From Wolbachia endosymbiont of Armadillidium arcangelii (lineage in GTDB: Bacteria; Pseudomonadota; Alphaproteobacteria; Rickettsiales; Anaplasmataceae), in NCBI RefSeq assembly GCF_040207875.1, contig NZ_CP157942.1, positions 64,001-96,000 on the forward strand: 32,000 nucleotides of DNA. Direction: 5' to 3'. Position 1 is the stretch's first letter, and each line of letters begins with the position of its first letter. The notes below the pieces were generated by a model, which did not search any database, was not told the DNA's origin, and saw only the letters and a list, made by a program, of their open reading frames with translations. Below are positions 1-8,951 of this stretch, piece after piece. Made by a program: the position numbers and the translations under genes.

Positions 1-695
1 CAATACTCTGTACCACGATCCGTCAAAACACGTAGCAATCTGTTCATCAAAGAACGGTACTACCCTATCATTAAGAAGATCTGCAGCTGTGATAGCAGTC
101 CTTTCTGTGTAAAGCTTAGCAAAAGCAACTCTGGAATAGGTATCAACAAAGGTTTGCTGGTAAATTCGTCCAATACCTTTGATATTACCAACATAATAAC
201 TGTCTTGGCTACCTAAGTATCCTGGATGCTCTGTTTCAATTTCTCCATGGGCCTCTTTTTCTTCCTTAGCCTTTTCTAGAGCTGTTATCTGTTCTTCTGT
301 TAAAATGATACCATCCTGAGCTACTTTTGCTTCTAATGCCTTTAACCTCTTTTTAAAGTTTTCAAGATCGTTTCTTTGCCACACTGATCTTATTCCACTT
401 GCAGAGATCTCTCTTTTTCAGTTCGTTTGCTGCTCTTTCTTGTCCGTATACTGGAAACTCTATTGCTATTTCAACTACTGCTTTTTCTATATCCTCCGAC
501 ACTCTATTTGCATACAATGGCTTGCTTTTGCTTATCTCGTGTAAAGCCTCTTCTCCTCCTGTTTCATACAGTTCTTTGAAGCGGTAAAATGTATCCCTTG
601 AATATCCCATACGCCTGTGATACATTTCCTAATTGCTTTGCAAGTTCTAGCAATCCTAACTTTGGTTTTAGTATTTTTTCTTGTGTTGTACTCAT
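1..695 (-). pseudogene. IS481-family transposase, at least three frameshifts, 3-prime end outside window
   Basis: ATG at 695. The conserved segments listed for the element lie in three different frames. The track ORF 362..625 is only the middle piece. Confidence 0.7.
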
Positions 696-772
696 ATCTG
701 ACACTCCTTTAAAATTTGTTTGTATTTTTATCTTACTTTATTAACCTGTCAGATCAAATCTAAACTATTACA
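1..772 (-). mobile_element. IS481-family insertion sequence, partial (runs off window start); terminus abuts truncated IS4 copy at 772/773
   Basis: Minus-strand translation gives an HTH N-terminus ([28 protein letters not shown], then [23 protein letters not shown]). It is followed by an rve/DDE core (HPGYLGSQDSYYVGNIKGIGRIYQQTFVDTYSRVAFAKLYT ... LLRVLTDRGTEY). The element end reads TGTAATAG on the minus strand at 772. Confidence 0.75.
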
Positions 773-1571
773 GCTAAGTAGAGGTGACAGCTATGAGGTT
801 GATTTAGCGATCGGTATGCTTGAATCCATAAAATCAGACGATTTGTTAATCTGTGATAGAGGATACGTATCTTATCGATTTCTTGCTGAGCTTACAGGAA
901 GGAAAATCAATTATATAATTCGCTGTCCAAGTTCGTCTTTCAATGAAATAAACGCTATGTTTAAGCCGGAAAGCCCATCTAGTATGGTGGTAGTGTCTAC
1001 CGCACCTATTAAAGTAGCAAGACAGCTACGAAAGCTAGGATTACCTGATGAGATGAAATTCAGGTTAGTCAAAATAATACTTTCTTCTGGAGAAGTTGAA
1101 GTGTTAGTAACATCTCTGTTAGATGAGCAAAGTTTTACAGTCGAAGAGTTTGAGAGATTATATTACTTGCGCTGGGGAGTAGAAACATTTTTTTCTAGGC
1201 TGAAGGGAAGATTAAATTTAGAGAATTTCACAGGAAAAAGTATTGAAACTATCAAGCAGGATTTTTGGTCAACTATCTTCATCAGTAATCTAGAAAGTAT
1301 CATGATAGAAGATGATGAAGAGACATTGAGCGCACAGAATAGTAAACTAAAAAAAAGCATCAATAAATCTGTCTCATTTAATGCGATTAAAAACTTAGCC
1401 TTTGATATTTTTTCTACAGAGTCAGACATAGACTGCATTATGGATCGACTATCACAGTTATTTTTGATGAACACTTTAGTGGTAAGAAAAGGGAGAAGAG
1501 TTGATCGTCATAAGATATCTGATATTCGTTCACTCAACTACCAGAAAAGAGCTAGAAAACATGTGTTTTAA
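773..1571 (+). pseudogene. IS4-family DDE transposase, C-terminal ~266 codons only
   Basis: Identical protein to residues ~160-425 of ORF 16336..17613. The first ~17 codons of track ORF 720..1571 are chimeric read-through from the IS481 end. Confidence 0.9.
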
Positions 1572-1648
1572 ATTCAAGATATCTTTTCAGTATCATTGCA
1601 TTAGTACATTCTTTGCAAAATAACCTGCAATTATTACTTTTTTAAATA
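773..1648 (+). mobile_element. IS4-family IS, copy A, 5-prime-truncated, left piece
   Basis: Colinear with 16815-17690 of full copy B at a constant offset of 16042. Only one difference was noticed (A at 1325 vs G at 17367). Confidence 0.9.
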
Positions 1649-2575
1649 TAGCTCTTTTCATAATAGTACAAACGAGGTAAAATAAGATTTTATAGTAGTG
1701 AAGGTAAGTATGCCAGCAGCATATAGTTATGATTTAAGAAAAAAAGCAATGGAATCACTAGAAGAAGGATAAAGCAGAGAAGCAGTGGCAGCAAGATTTA
1801 AAATTGGAAGAACTACGTTATGGGAGTGGCAGCAAAGAAAAAAAGAAACAGGAGATTTTCAGTCAAAAAAACTTGGAAATGGAGGTTATAATCACAAAAT
1901 TACTGACTGGAATAAATTTACTGAATTTGCTAAAAAATATGGTGGAAAAACTCTATCGGAAATGGCTAAGCTTTGGAGCAATGTTAGTATCCCAACGATT
2001 CATCGAGCTCTTAAAAAAATTGGACTCACACGCAAAAAAAGACATATGGATACAAAGAAAGGGACGAAGAAAAACGCGCTGAATTTTTGAAAATTATAGC
2101 AACAAAAGAACCTCAAAACTTAGTTTATATAGATGAGTCTGGCATTGATAACACCGAGGACTACCCTTATGGATATTGCCAGAAGGGACAGAGGTTTTAT
2201 GCTCTAAAATCTGGTAAAAAAATTCAACGAATCAGTATGATTGCAGCCTTAAACGGCAGAAAAATAGTTGTTCCGTTAACATTTGAAGGCCACTGTAATA
2301 TGTTAATAAATGGTTTGAGCAGTTTTTGACACCGATCTGGACAAACTTTGATAATGCTACTTTTCATAAGTCTAATAAGATTACTGAATTTGCTAAAGGA
2401 GTTGGCGCAGAAATTTTATATCTACCGCCTTATTCTCCCGATTTTAACAAAATTGAGCATCATTGGTTTGCTATAAAAAACAGAGCTAGGAAAAACATCC
2501 CTCTATTCACATCTTTTCGTCATGCTGTTGATTCCGCTTTTCTATAAGCTTTTCGGACTATTATGAAAAGAGCTA
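1649..2575 (+). mobile_element. IS630 (Tc1/mariner-like) family IS inserted into IS4 copy A
   Basis: Terminal inverted repeats TAGCTCTTTTCATAATAGT (1649-) and ACTATTATGAAAAGAGCTA (-2575), flanked by TA on both sides (1647-1648, 2576-2577). Removing the element restores the IS4 sequence TTTAAATAACTTGCAC seen at 17683-17698. Confidence 0.85.
1710..2547 (+). pseudogene. IS630-family transposase broken into at least 4 pieces
   Basis: MPAAYSYDLRKKAMESLEEG-stop, then ORFs 1785..2090, 2087..2329 and 2326..2547. These carry HTH-like text plus the DDE region (VYIDESGI ... DNATFHKS ... LPPYSPDFNKIEHHW). Confidence 0.8.
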
Positions 2576-2578
2576 TAA

Positions 2579-3494
2579 GAGGTTGTCCACAAACCATTAA
2601 ATTCAAGCATATTCCCTACTTAACATAACTTTACTCATAGCCAGATATATGAAACTTTCAGTAGATGTTGTAAGTAAATCGTACTCCTTTGATAGCCTTC
2701 TATTTCTATTGATCCAAGCAAAAGTCCTCTCTACCACCCACCTTCTCGGTTGTACTGCAAATCCAGGATCCCGTTGTGGCAATAGTTCTGGTGGTGTATC
2801 TTTATGCACCCAAAACCTACATGGAGGTCTTTTCACAATTTCAATATCTATCCCATGTTCTTCCTCTATATGGGTTTTTAAATCTTTTCCTTGGTACCCC
2901 ATATCAGCCCACATTTTCTTAATATTGCTGTATTTTTCTTTCATATTGTCCAATACCATCTTCACCCCATCTCTGTCATTTTCGCTTGCAGCTCCTACAT
3001 AGCAACCAAGCACAAATCCTTGAGTATCTGTGATTATATGTCTTTTTCTCCCATTTACTTTTTTTGCACCATCATAACCTTTGACCCCCCTTTTTCCGTG
3101 ATTTTTACCGATTGACTATCCACTATGCATGCGCTTGGCTCCTCACTTCTTCCCATTTTTGACCTACTATATTTAGTGATATCATAGTTCACTTTCTCAA
3201 AAATCCTCTGCTTTTTCCATCTTCTAAACTGTTCATGCACAGCCTTCCACAACGGAAAATCGTGTGGTAAATTGCGCCATTGACATCCTGTGCGCAGTAC
3301 ATAAAGAATTGCATTCAGTATCTCACACTTACTGTATTTTGGCGGCCTTCCTCCTTTCTTATACGATACCCTGAAGTGTTTTTCTATTCGGGACCATTCC
3401 CTTTTACTTAAATCTGTTGGATATTTTTTCCTCATCTCTTACCTCAATATTCTGCCTTTATATACTACTTATTTCTTGATTTGTGGACAACCTC
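2579..3494 (-). mobile_element. IS5-family IS, 916 bp (ISWpi1-like), inserted at the IS630/IS4 junction
   Basis: IRs GAGGTTGTCCACAAA (2579-2593) and TTTGTGGACAACCTC (3480-3494), with a 3-bp TAA duplication at 2576-2578 and 3495-3497. From memory, 916 bp is the published ISWpi1 length. Confidence 0.85.
2603..3435 (-). CDS. IS5-family transposase in two overlapping frames (orfA 3055..3435, orfB to 2603) joinable by a -1 shift
   Basis: orfA ends ...DSQSVKITEKGGSKV. The -1 frame continues GVKGYDGAKKVNGRKRHIITDTQGF ... WVVERTFAWINRNRRLSKEYD, which is typical IS5 DDE text. The shift site is the mRNA A5G6 run (plus strand C6 3085-3090, T5 3091-3095). Confidence 0.75.
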
Positions 3495-3497
3495 TAA

Positions 3498-3616
3498 CTT
3501 GCACTTTTCAGACTCCCTTTTCTTAAAAATTCACCCTAGTATTTACCATAATTATCAATCGCTTCAAATTTTTTGTCCAATCTTAACTTCTCTTTCCCTT
3601 AACTTAATGGCAGTGA
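3498..3616 (+). mobile_element. IS4 copy A, right-end piece with terminal inverted repeat
   Basis: 119 bp identical to 17692-17810. It ends ...CTTTCCCTTAACTTAATGGCAGTGA, the reverse complement of the copy B left end at 16234. Confidence 0.9.
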
Positions 3617-4481
3617 AGTTGGTATGAACCTGGGCTCAGTGATGCTGCCTACTTTAAAATCTATAGCTGAATTTTTACAAGAAAAAACTAGATATATAGC
3701 AGAGTTTGCAGAAAAATATCCAACTTTAACTACGGCAATCATGAGTACTTTAGCAGCTTTGATAAGTTTGAAAGTCTTAGTAGTGGGATTAGGCTATGGA
3801 ATTACTTTATTAGGAAGTACAATTTTTGGTCTTAAAGCAACAATACTGACAACATTTTCATCTTTATCAAGTATAGTTTTTCCTGCAGTAATAACAGGGC
3901 TAAGAGCAATAACACTCGCTGTAATGACTAACCCAATTGGACTTTTAATAGCGAGTCTTGTTGCTGGTGCAGCTTATGTTCTAACTAACTGGCAAAAAGT
4001 GAAAGACTTTTTCTCTAGCTTTTGGAAATCACTCATTGAACCTATAGGAAAAGCTTTTTCATGGATGGGAAATACAGTTAGTAGCATATTTGCTGAGAAT
4101 AGCCCGATTAGAAAATTTGAAAGCAATGGAAATGTTGTTAATGAGCTTTCTAAAAATAGCATTTTCAGTAACGGAAACCCATTGACAAGTAATAGTGCTA
4201 TTAAACAATTTTCAGAAAATAGTAAAGGCAATTTTGAGAGTTTTAAAGTTAAAGGTGTTATAGAAGAAAAAAGAGCTATAGAACAAGAAGAAGTTGAGAA
4301 AGCATTCAAGAAAAGTAGATGTGAAAATAGCGAATCGAAAGTATATAACCAAGCATTCTATCAAACGTTTAATATCAACATTAAATCTGAAGATGTGCGC
4401 AGTGTTGCTGATGCAGTAATAGAACGATTTAGAGAACAAGCACGTGGGGCACTTTTTGATATAGTTGAAGAGTTACATTGA
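3617..4481 (+). pseudogene. Phage tail tape-measure protein, C-terminal fragment truncated by IS4 copy A
   Basis: The reading frame is open from the first base after the IS end (..VGMNLGSV..). There is a hydrophobic Gly/Ala/Leu-rich TM-like core, and the fragment sits immediately upstream of gpU/gpX/gpD as in P2-like tail modules. Confidence 0.7.
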
Positions 4482-4816
4482 TGTTGCTTGGAAAATGTAA
4501 GCAACCAATAAGCCTAAGATACAGTAAAGAAAAAAGGTGGTATACAATTGAATGTATTGAAAAAACGTTGCTACAAAACATTGGCTCAGGAATTGAATGT
4601 ATTGATCTGACAGGAGTGATTTATCCACGTTATCAGAGTAATGGCTTAGAACAGCTAAAAAATATACGTGATACTCAAGTTCTAGTTGATAATTCAGGAA
4701 ATGTGCTTGGAGATTTTGTCATTACTAATGTAGAAGAAAAACAGATATTATTTTTTCCTGATGGAAAACCAAGAAAAATTGAGTTTATTTTGAAGTTAAA
4801 AAGTTACAATAAATGA
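4478..4816 (+). CDS. Phage tail protein gpU (P2 GpU family)
   Basis: MMLLG N-terminus and the C-terminal DGKPRKIEFILKLK motif resemble P2 gpU. The likely ATG at 4481 overlaps the upstream TGA. Confidence 0.75.
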   Translation: MMLLGKCKQPISLRYSKEKRWYTIECIEKTLLQNIGSGIECIDLTGVIYPRYQSNGLEQLKNIRDTQVLVDNSGNVLGDFVITNVEEKQILFFPDGKPRKIEFILKLKSYNK

Positions 4817-5022
4817 TTTATTATTACACCAAAAAAAACGAAATGTTAGATCTGATTTGCTGGAAACATTATGGATACAGTAGTGGAGCAGTGGAGGAAG
4901 TATTGCTTGAAAATCCAGGCCTTGCAAAATACGGAAGCTTTTTGCCCGCTGGATTAAAAATTAAGCTTCCTAAAATTCAGAGAATATTGAAAGAATCTGT
5001 TATAAATATTTTAGATGAATGA
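4813..5022 (+). CDS. Phage tail protein gpX (P2 GpX family, LysM-like)
   Basis: LDLICWKHYGYSSGAVEEVLLENPGLAKYGSFLPAGLKIKLP closely parallels P2 gpX. There is an ATGA start/stop overlap with gpU. Confidence 0.8.
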   Translation: MIYYYTKKNEMLDLICWKHYGYSSGAVEEVLLENPGLAKYGSFLPAGLKIKLPKIQRILKESVINILDE

Positions 5023-5984
5023 CACCAGATTTTGATATAGTAGCAAAAAATAACCCAGTAACAGAGGTTTTAAAAAAGAGTTTAATATTACTACGTGTCA
5101 CTGATGGATCAGGTACTACAAGTGACGAAGCTGAGATATGTATTAATTATAGCTCTAGCGCTTTAGAACTTAAGGGCAATTTACAGGTTTTTCTAGGATA
5201 TAAAGAAACAGGTTTATTACCTATGGGGGTATATAAGGCAAATCAAATTACAATACAAAGTCCACCACAAACTTTAAGAATAAAATGTGACGCTGCAAGT
5301 TTAAGAGGATCATTAAAGGAAAGAAAATCAAAGGAATGGAAAGACATTACCTTGGGAGATTTGATTAAAGAAATAGCACAAGAACATGGGTATGAAGGTA
5401 AAGTCGCTGAAAGATTTGAAAATATATTTATACCACATACCATTCAAGCAGATGAAAGCGACATGAGTTTTTTGGAAGGATTAGGCAAAAAATATGATGC
5501 ACTAGTAAAACCAGCAGGAGGATATATAATTTTTATTCCGAAGGGAGAAGCAAGATCAGCGACTGGAAAGATGTTAGGTACAACAGTATTGACACCTAAA
5601 GATATTATAAATTGGGAGGTAAATTTTAATGTGCGTAACAAATATGGATCTGTTATTGCAAAATGGCACAGTTATGAGAAGGGAGAAACTATAGAAGAGA
5701 AAGTGGGAAATGAGAGTCCAAGTTATACCCTGCAAACGCTTTACTCTACCGCAGAATCAGCAATTAGTGCAGCAGCAGCTAAGTTAAAACAACTAAAACG
5801 TAGTACATCAAATTTAAATGTAACTGTTCCTGGTAATCCAGAATTATTTGCAGAAGCTAAGATCAGTCTTTCAGGATTTTGTCAGGAAATTGAAGGCGAA
5901 TGGGTAATCAGCAGGGCAGAACATATTCTGAATAATAGAGGATATCAAACTATAGTAGAGGCAAAAGTGAGCAAAGCTATTTAA
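5019..5984 (+). CDS. Phage late control gene D protein (gpD, tail/baseplate)
   Basis: Position after gpU/gpX, a 321-aa size typical of WO gpD, and an ATGA overlap with gpX. Confidence 0.7.
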   Translation: MTPDFDIVAKNNPVTEVLKKSLILLRVTDGSGTTSDEAEICINYSSSALELKGNLQVFLGYKETGLLPMGVYKANQITIQSPPQTLRIKCDAASLRGSLKERKSKEWKDITLGDLIKEIAQEHGYEGKVAERFENIFIPHTIQADESDMSFLEGLGKKYDALVKPAGGYIIFIPKGEARSATGKMLGTTVLTPKDIINWEVNFNVRNKYGSVIAKWHSYEKGETIEEKVGNESPSYTLQTLYSTAESAISAAAAKLKQLKRSTSNLNVTVPGNPELFAEAKISLSGFCQEIEGEWVISRAEHILNNRGYQTIVEAKVSKAI

Positions 5985-6021
5985 ATGAAACTTAAGCAAA
6001 TGATTATTTAATTCTAAAAAA

Positions 6022-6564
6022 ATGTTAGACATGAACAAAATAAGTAAGAACATAAAGAATAAGATAAATTTTCTATGGCTTATGATAACAATTATATGTG
6101 TTGTTGTTACATGTTGCTATACAAAGAGTAAAGCTGTGAGTAATTATAAAACAGTACTACAAATTGCTTCTGAAAATTGTAACTTAGAGGTTGTAAAACT
6201 TTTGGTAGAAAATCTATTAGATGTTAATGTGCAGGTTCCTAAATTAACAGCATTACATTATGCTTCAGAGGCAGGTTGTTTAGAAGTTGTGGATTTTCTA
6301 GTACAAAAAGGAGCTGATATAGGCGCTTCTGGGGGGTGTGAGGGATGGACACCGCTGCATTATGCTGCAGATCAAGGACGTTTGGAAATTGTTAAATTTT
6401 TATTAGACAAAGGAGCAGATCCTAGTGCTGTAGCTAAAGATGGAAGAACACCTAGAAGCATGGCTGTAATATCAGAAGAACGTAATAAAGATAAAAACAA
6501 GCAATACAGAGAAGTAATAAAACTACTTTCCAATGCAGAAGGCTCGCTCAAAAATAGCAAATAA
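6022..6564 (+). CDS. Ankyrin-repeat protein with N-terminal transmembrane anchor
   Basis: Hydrophobic helix FLWLMITIICVVVTCCY followed by about 3 ANK repeats (TALHYASEAGCLEVVDFLVQKGADI; TPLHYAADQGRLEIVKFLLDKGADP). Confidence 0.85.
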   Translation: MLDMNKISKNIKNKINFLWLMITIICVVVTCCYTKSKAVSNYKTVLQIASENCNLEVVKLLVENLLDVNVQVPKLTALHYASEAGCLEVVDFLVQKGADIGASGGCEGWTPLHYAADQGRLEIVKFLLDKGADPSAVAKDGRTPRSMAVISEERNKDKNKQYREVIKLLSNAEGSLKNSK

Positions 6565-6705
6565 AATCAAAGATATATTGGAGTCATAAGGATCTGCAGA
6601 AGAGCAATACGAATTCAAATAGTGACTACCACAGCAAAATATAGAAACTGAACATATTTCTTCTTTTATCAGTAATTTGCAATTACTTTATAATCAGTAA
6701 AAAAT

Positions 6706-6930
6706 ATGCTAAAAAAAATCCCAATTACAGTAATTATTACCATATTAATCCAAACCGTAGCATTGATATGGTGGTTATCCAAGCTAGACTCAAGGGTACA
6801 ATTTCACGATAAACTTATTGAATATGGTTTAATGGAAAAAGTATTAGTACTTGAGGAAAGGGTAAAAAATCTTTCTGAAGAATTAGATGAGTTTAAATTG
6901 CAGGTTTTAAGCGGAAAAATTAAATCTTAA
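6706..6930 (+). CDS. Small membrane protein (one N-terminal TM helix plus coiled-coil tail), unknown function
   Basis: IPITVIITILIQTVALIWWL followed by heptad-like LEERVKNLSEELDEFKLQVL. It ends 20 bp upstream of the patatin gene on the same strand. Confidence 0.5.
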   Translation: MLKKIPITVIITILIQTVALIWWLSKLDSRVQFHDKLIEYGLMEKVLVLEERVKNLSEELDEFKLQVLSGKIKS

Positions 6931-6950
6931 TACCTTTACCTAAACTTACA

Positions 6951-7880
6951 ATGATTAAATACATTTTATCCGTTGATGGAGGTGGTATTAGAGGCATCAT
7001 ACCAGCCATTATTCTAGCAGAAATAGAGCAAAGGACAAGGAAACCGATAGCTGAAATCTTTGATCTTATGGCAGGGACCTCAACCGGTGGAATTGTTATA
7101 GCAGGATTATGTAAAAAAGATAAACAAGGAAACCCTCAATATTCAGCCAATGATTTAGTCGAGCTTTACCAAAAATACGGGTCATATATTTTTAAATCTT
7201 CATTTTTGAGAAGATCAATATTTTCTTGGCTTAATTGCGCACAATACCCACATAAAAATATTGAATTTGTACTGGATAAATATTTTGGCGATGATATCCT
7301 TAAAAACACTTTAAGTAATGTGTTGATTACGAGTTACGATATTCACAATAACTGCCCATTTTTCTTCAAAAGCTGGAAAGAGGATAGAAATTTTATTAAA
7401 TTAAGGGATGTATTAAGAGCAGCAACTGCAGCACCTACTTACTTTGCACCTAAATATCTTAAAATTAACCACAAGGAAATGGTATTAGTGGATGGCGGGG
7501 TATTTGCCAATAATCCAGCTGCTTGTGCATATGCAAGTGGTAAGAAATTGTTTCCAAATGATGAGATTATACTGTTATCACTAGGTACTGGTAGAACAGA
7601 TAGAAGCATAGAGTATGCCAATTCAAAGAGATTTGGAAAGATAGGTTGGATAAAACCACTACTACATGTGATGTTTGCTTCCAGTTTAGATGCAGTAAAC
7701 TACCAACTCAATCAAGTTATAGCTGATAAATATATACGTATACAATCACAATTGAAAATAGCATCACCTGACATGGATAATATTACATCAAAAAATATCA
7801 AATCTCTTCAGCAAGAGGCAAAGGCAATGATAGAGGACAATCAGAAAGTGATAGAGAAATTTTGTGATGTTATATCTTGA
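6951..7880 (+). CDS. Patatin-like phospholipase
   Basis: All three patatin motifs are present: DGGGIRG (oxyanion hole, res 9-15), GTSTG (GxSxG, Ser44) and VDGGVFANNP (catalytic Asp). Confidence 0.9.
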   Translation: MIKYILSVDGGGIRGIIPAIILAEIEQRTRKPIAEIFDLMAGTSTGGIVIAGLCKKDKQGNPQYSANDLVELYQKYGSYIFKSSFLRRSIFSWLNCAQYPHKNIEFVLDKYFGDDILKNTLSNVLITSYDIHNNCPFFFKSWKEDRNFIKLRDVLRAATAAPTYFAPKYLKINHKEMVLVDGGVFANNPAACAYASGKKLFPNDEIILLSLGTGRTDRSIEYANSKRFGKIGWIKPLLHVMFASSLDAVNYQLNQVIADKYIRIQSQLKIASPDMDNITSKNIKSLQQEAKAMIEDNQKVIEKFCDVIS

Positions 7881-8004
7881 TAAGTAGAGATGCCAAATTC
7901 TGCAGAGCTAAACAAGTTTTTAGAATAGACATATTAAATATATAATTATTTTCACTTACATCTTAATATAATATTTCTCAGTACCCAACTATCTTTAACA
8001 CAAT

Positions 8005-8919
8005 TCAATTTTCACACTCATCAGCAGTTAGGCCACTTGCTCGCAAAATAACATCAGTAGAAACACCCGCCTTCACTAGATTTTTTGCAACCTTGATTTT
8101 TTCTGTTTTTTTAACTTTTTCCTTGCCATTTTTCATATCTTCAGATAAAAATTTGACTAATGCATCTAATGATTCTTGTTCTCTGTACTCATTTATTAAA
8201 CTCAATAGCTTTTTGCTTTCTCTTGTTTTAGGTAGCAGAACTTTAATATTCACTGATAATTGTTCTGCTATTTGATATAATTTGTCAAATGATATGGCAG
8301 TATATCCTTTTTCATACTCGTGTATTTCCTTGAGTGTTACACCAACTTTGTTTGCTAAATCTTCCTGAGTATACCTTCTTATCAACCTCCATTCTCTTAT
8401 TCTTTGCCCTACTCTGTAATATATAGAATCAGTGCAGATTTCTCTCTCTGTATTATCATACTCGTGAATAGATAAGCCGGTTGCTTGGGAAATTATGTCA
8501 ATTGACACTCCTTCTTTAACTAGATTTTTTGCTACCTCTAATCTTGCCTCTTCTTGATTAATTTTTTCACTAATATGAACAAACCTGACTAATGAAGGTA
8601 CTATTTTGCCTAACTTTTGATTCTCGTATATTTTTGTTAGATAGAGTATTTCCTCGTCTTCATCTTCATACTCTCTTACTGTTATTGGTTTGGGTAATAG
8701 ATCTACAACATTAACTGACAACACTCTTGCTATTACATATAGTACTTCAATTGGAATAGCGCTATAGCCACTTTCATAGCTGTTTACTTCTTGGTATGTT
8801 AAACCTATTTTACTTGCTAATCCTATTTGAGTATGCCCTCGCATTAACCTACAATTTTCTATTCTTTGCCCTATTCTATAGCTAACATTGCTTGCAGAAA
8901 CAAACACATATACCTCCAT
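8005..8919 (-). CDS. Double-HTH (XRE-type) transcriptional regulator, wmk-like paralogue 1
   Basis: Two XRE HTH units (RIGQRIENCRLMRGHTQIGLASKIGLTYQEVNSYESG and RVGQRIREWRLIRRYTQEDLANKVGVTLKEIHEYEKG). Each is followed by a VAKNLVKxGVSxDxI motif. 304 aa. Confidence 0.8.
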   Translation of the reverse strand: MEVYVFVSASNVSYRIGQRIENCRLMRGHTQIGLASKIGLTYQEVNSYESGYSAIPIEVLYVIARVLSVNVVDLLPKPITVREYEDEDEEILYLTKIYENQKLGKIVPSLVRFVHISEKINQEEARLEVAKNLVKEGVSIDIISQATGLSIHEYDNTEREICTDSIYYRVGQRIREWRLIRRYTQEDLANKVGVTLKEIHEYEKGYTAISFDKLYQIAEQLSVNIKVLLPKTRESKKLLSLINEYREQESLDALVKFLSEDMKNGKEKVKKTEKIKVAKNLVKAGVSTDVILRASGLTADECEN

Positions 8920-8951
8920 TTAAAACTTTATTGCTATAATTTTTTCATGAG

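Noticed and set aside
399-587. Numerous 60-140-codon ORFs antisense to or out of frame with the called genes. Examples: 399..587, 1163..1474, 17205..17516, 1804..2082, 2649..3002, 2891..3115, 3974..4309, 4212..4439, 5243..5641, 8093..8275, 8866..9282, 9974..10168, 10404..10775, 10845..11150, 13956..14159, 15832..16020, 18576..18956, 19755..20012, 20093..20281, 20579..20992, 22562..22873, 25522..26040, 26610..26843, 28464..28775, 29046..29669 and 29886..30209.
   Set aside because: They overlap well-supported genes on the other strand or frame, have low-complexity Ser/Leu/Phe-rich composition typical of shadow ORFs, and show no motifs.
720-772. ATG at 720 as the start of an independent 283-aa protein.
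   Set aside because: The first ~17 codons lie in the terminus of the IS481 element. The ORF is a chimeric read-through into a truncated IS4 transposase.
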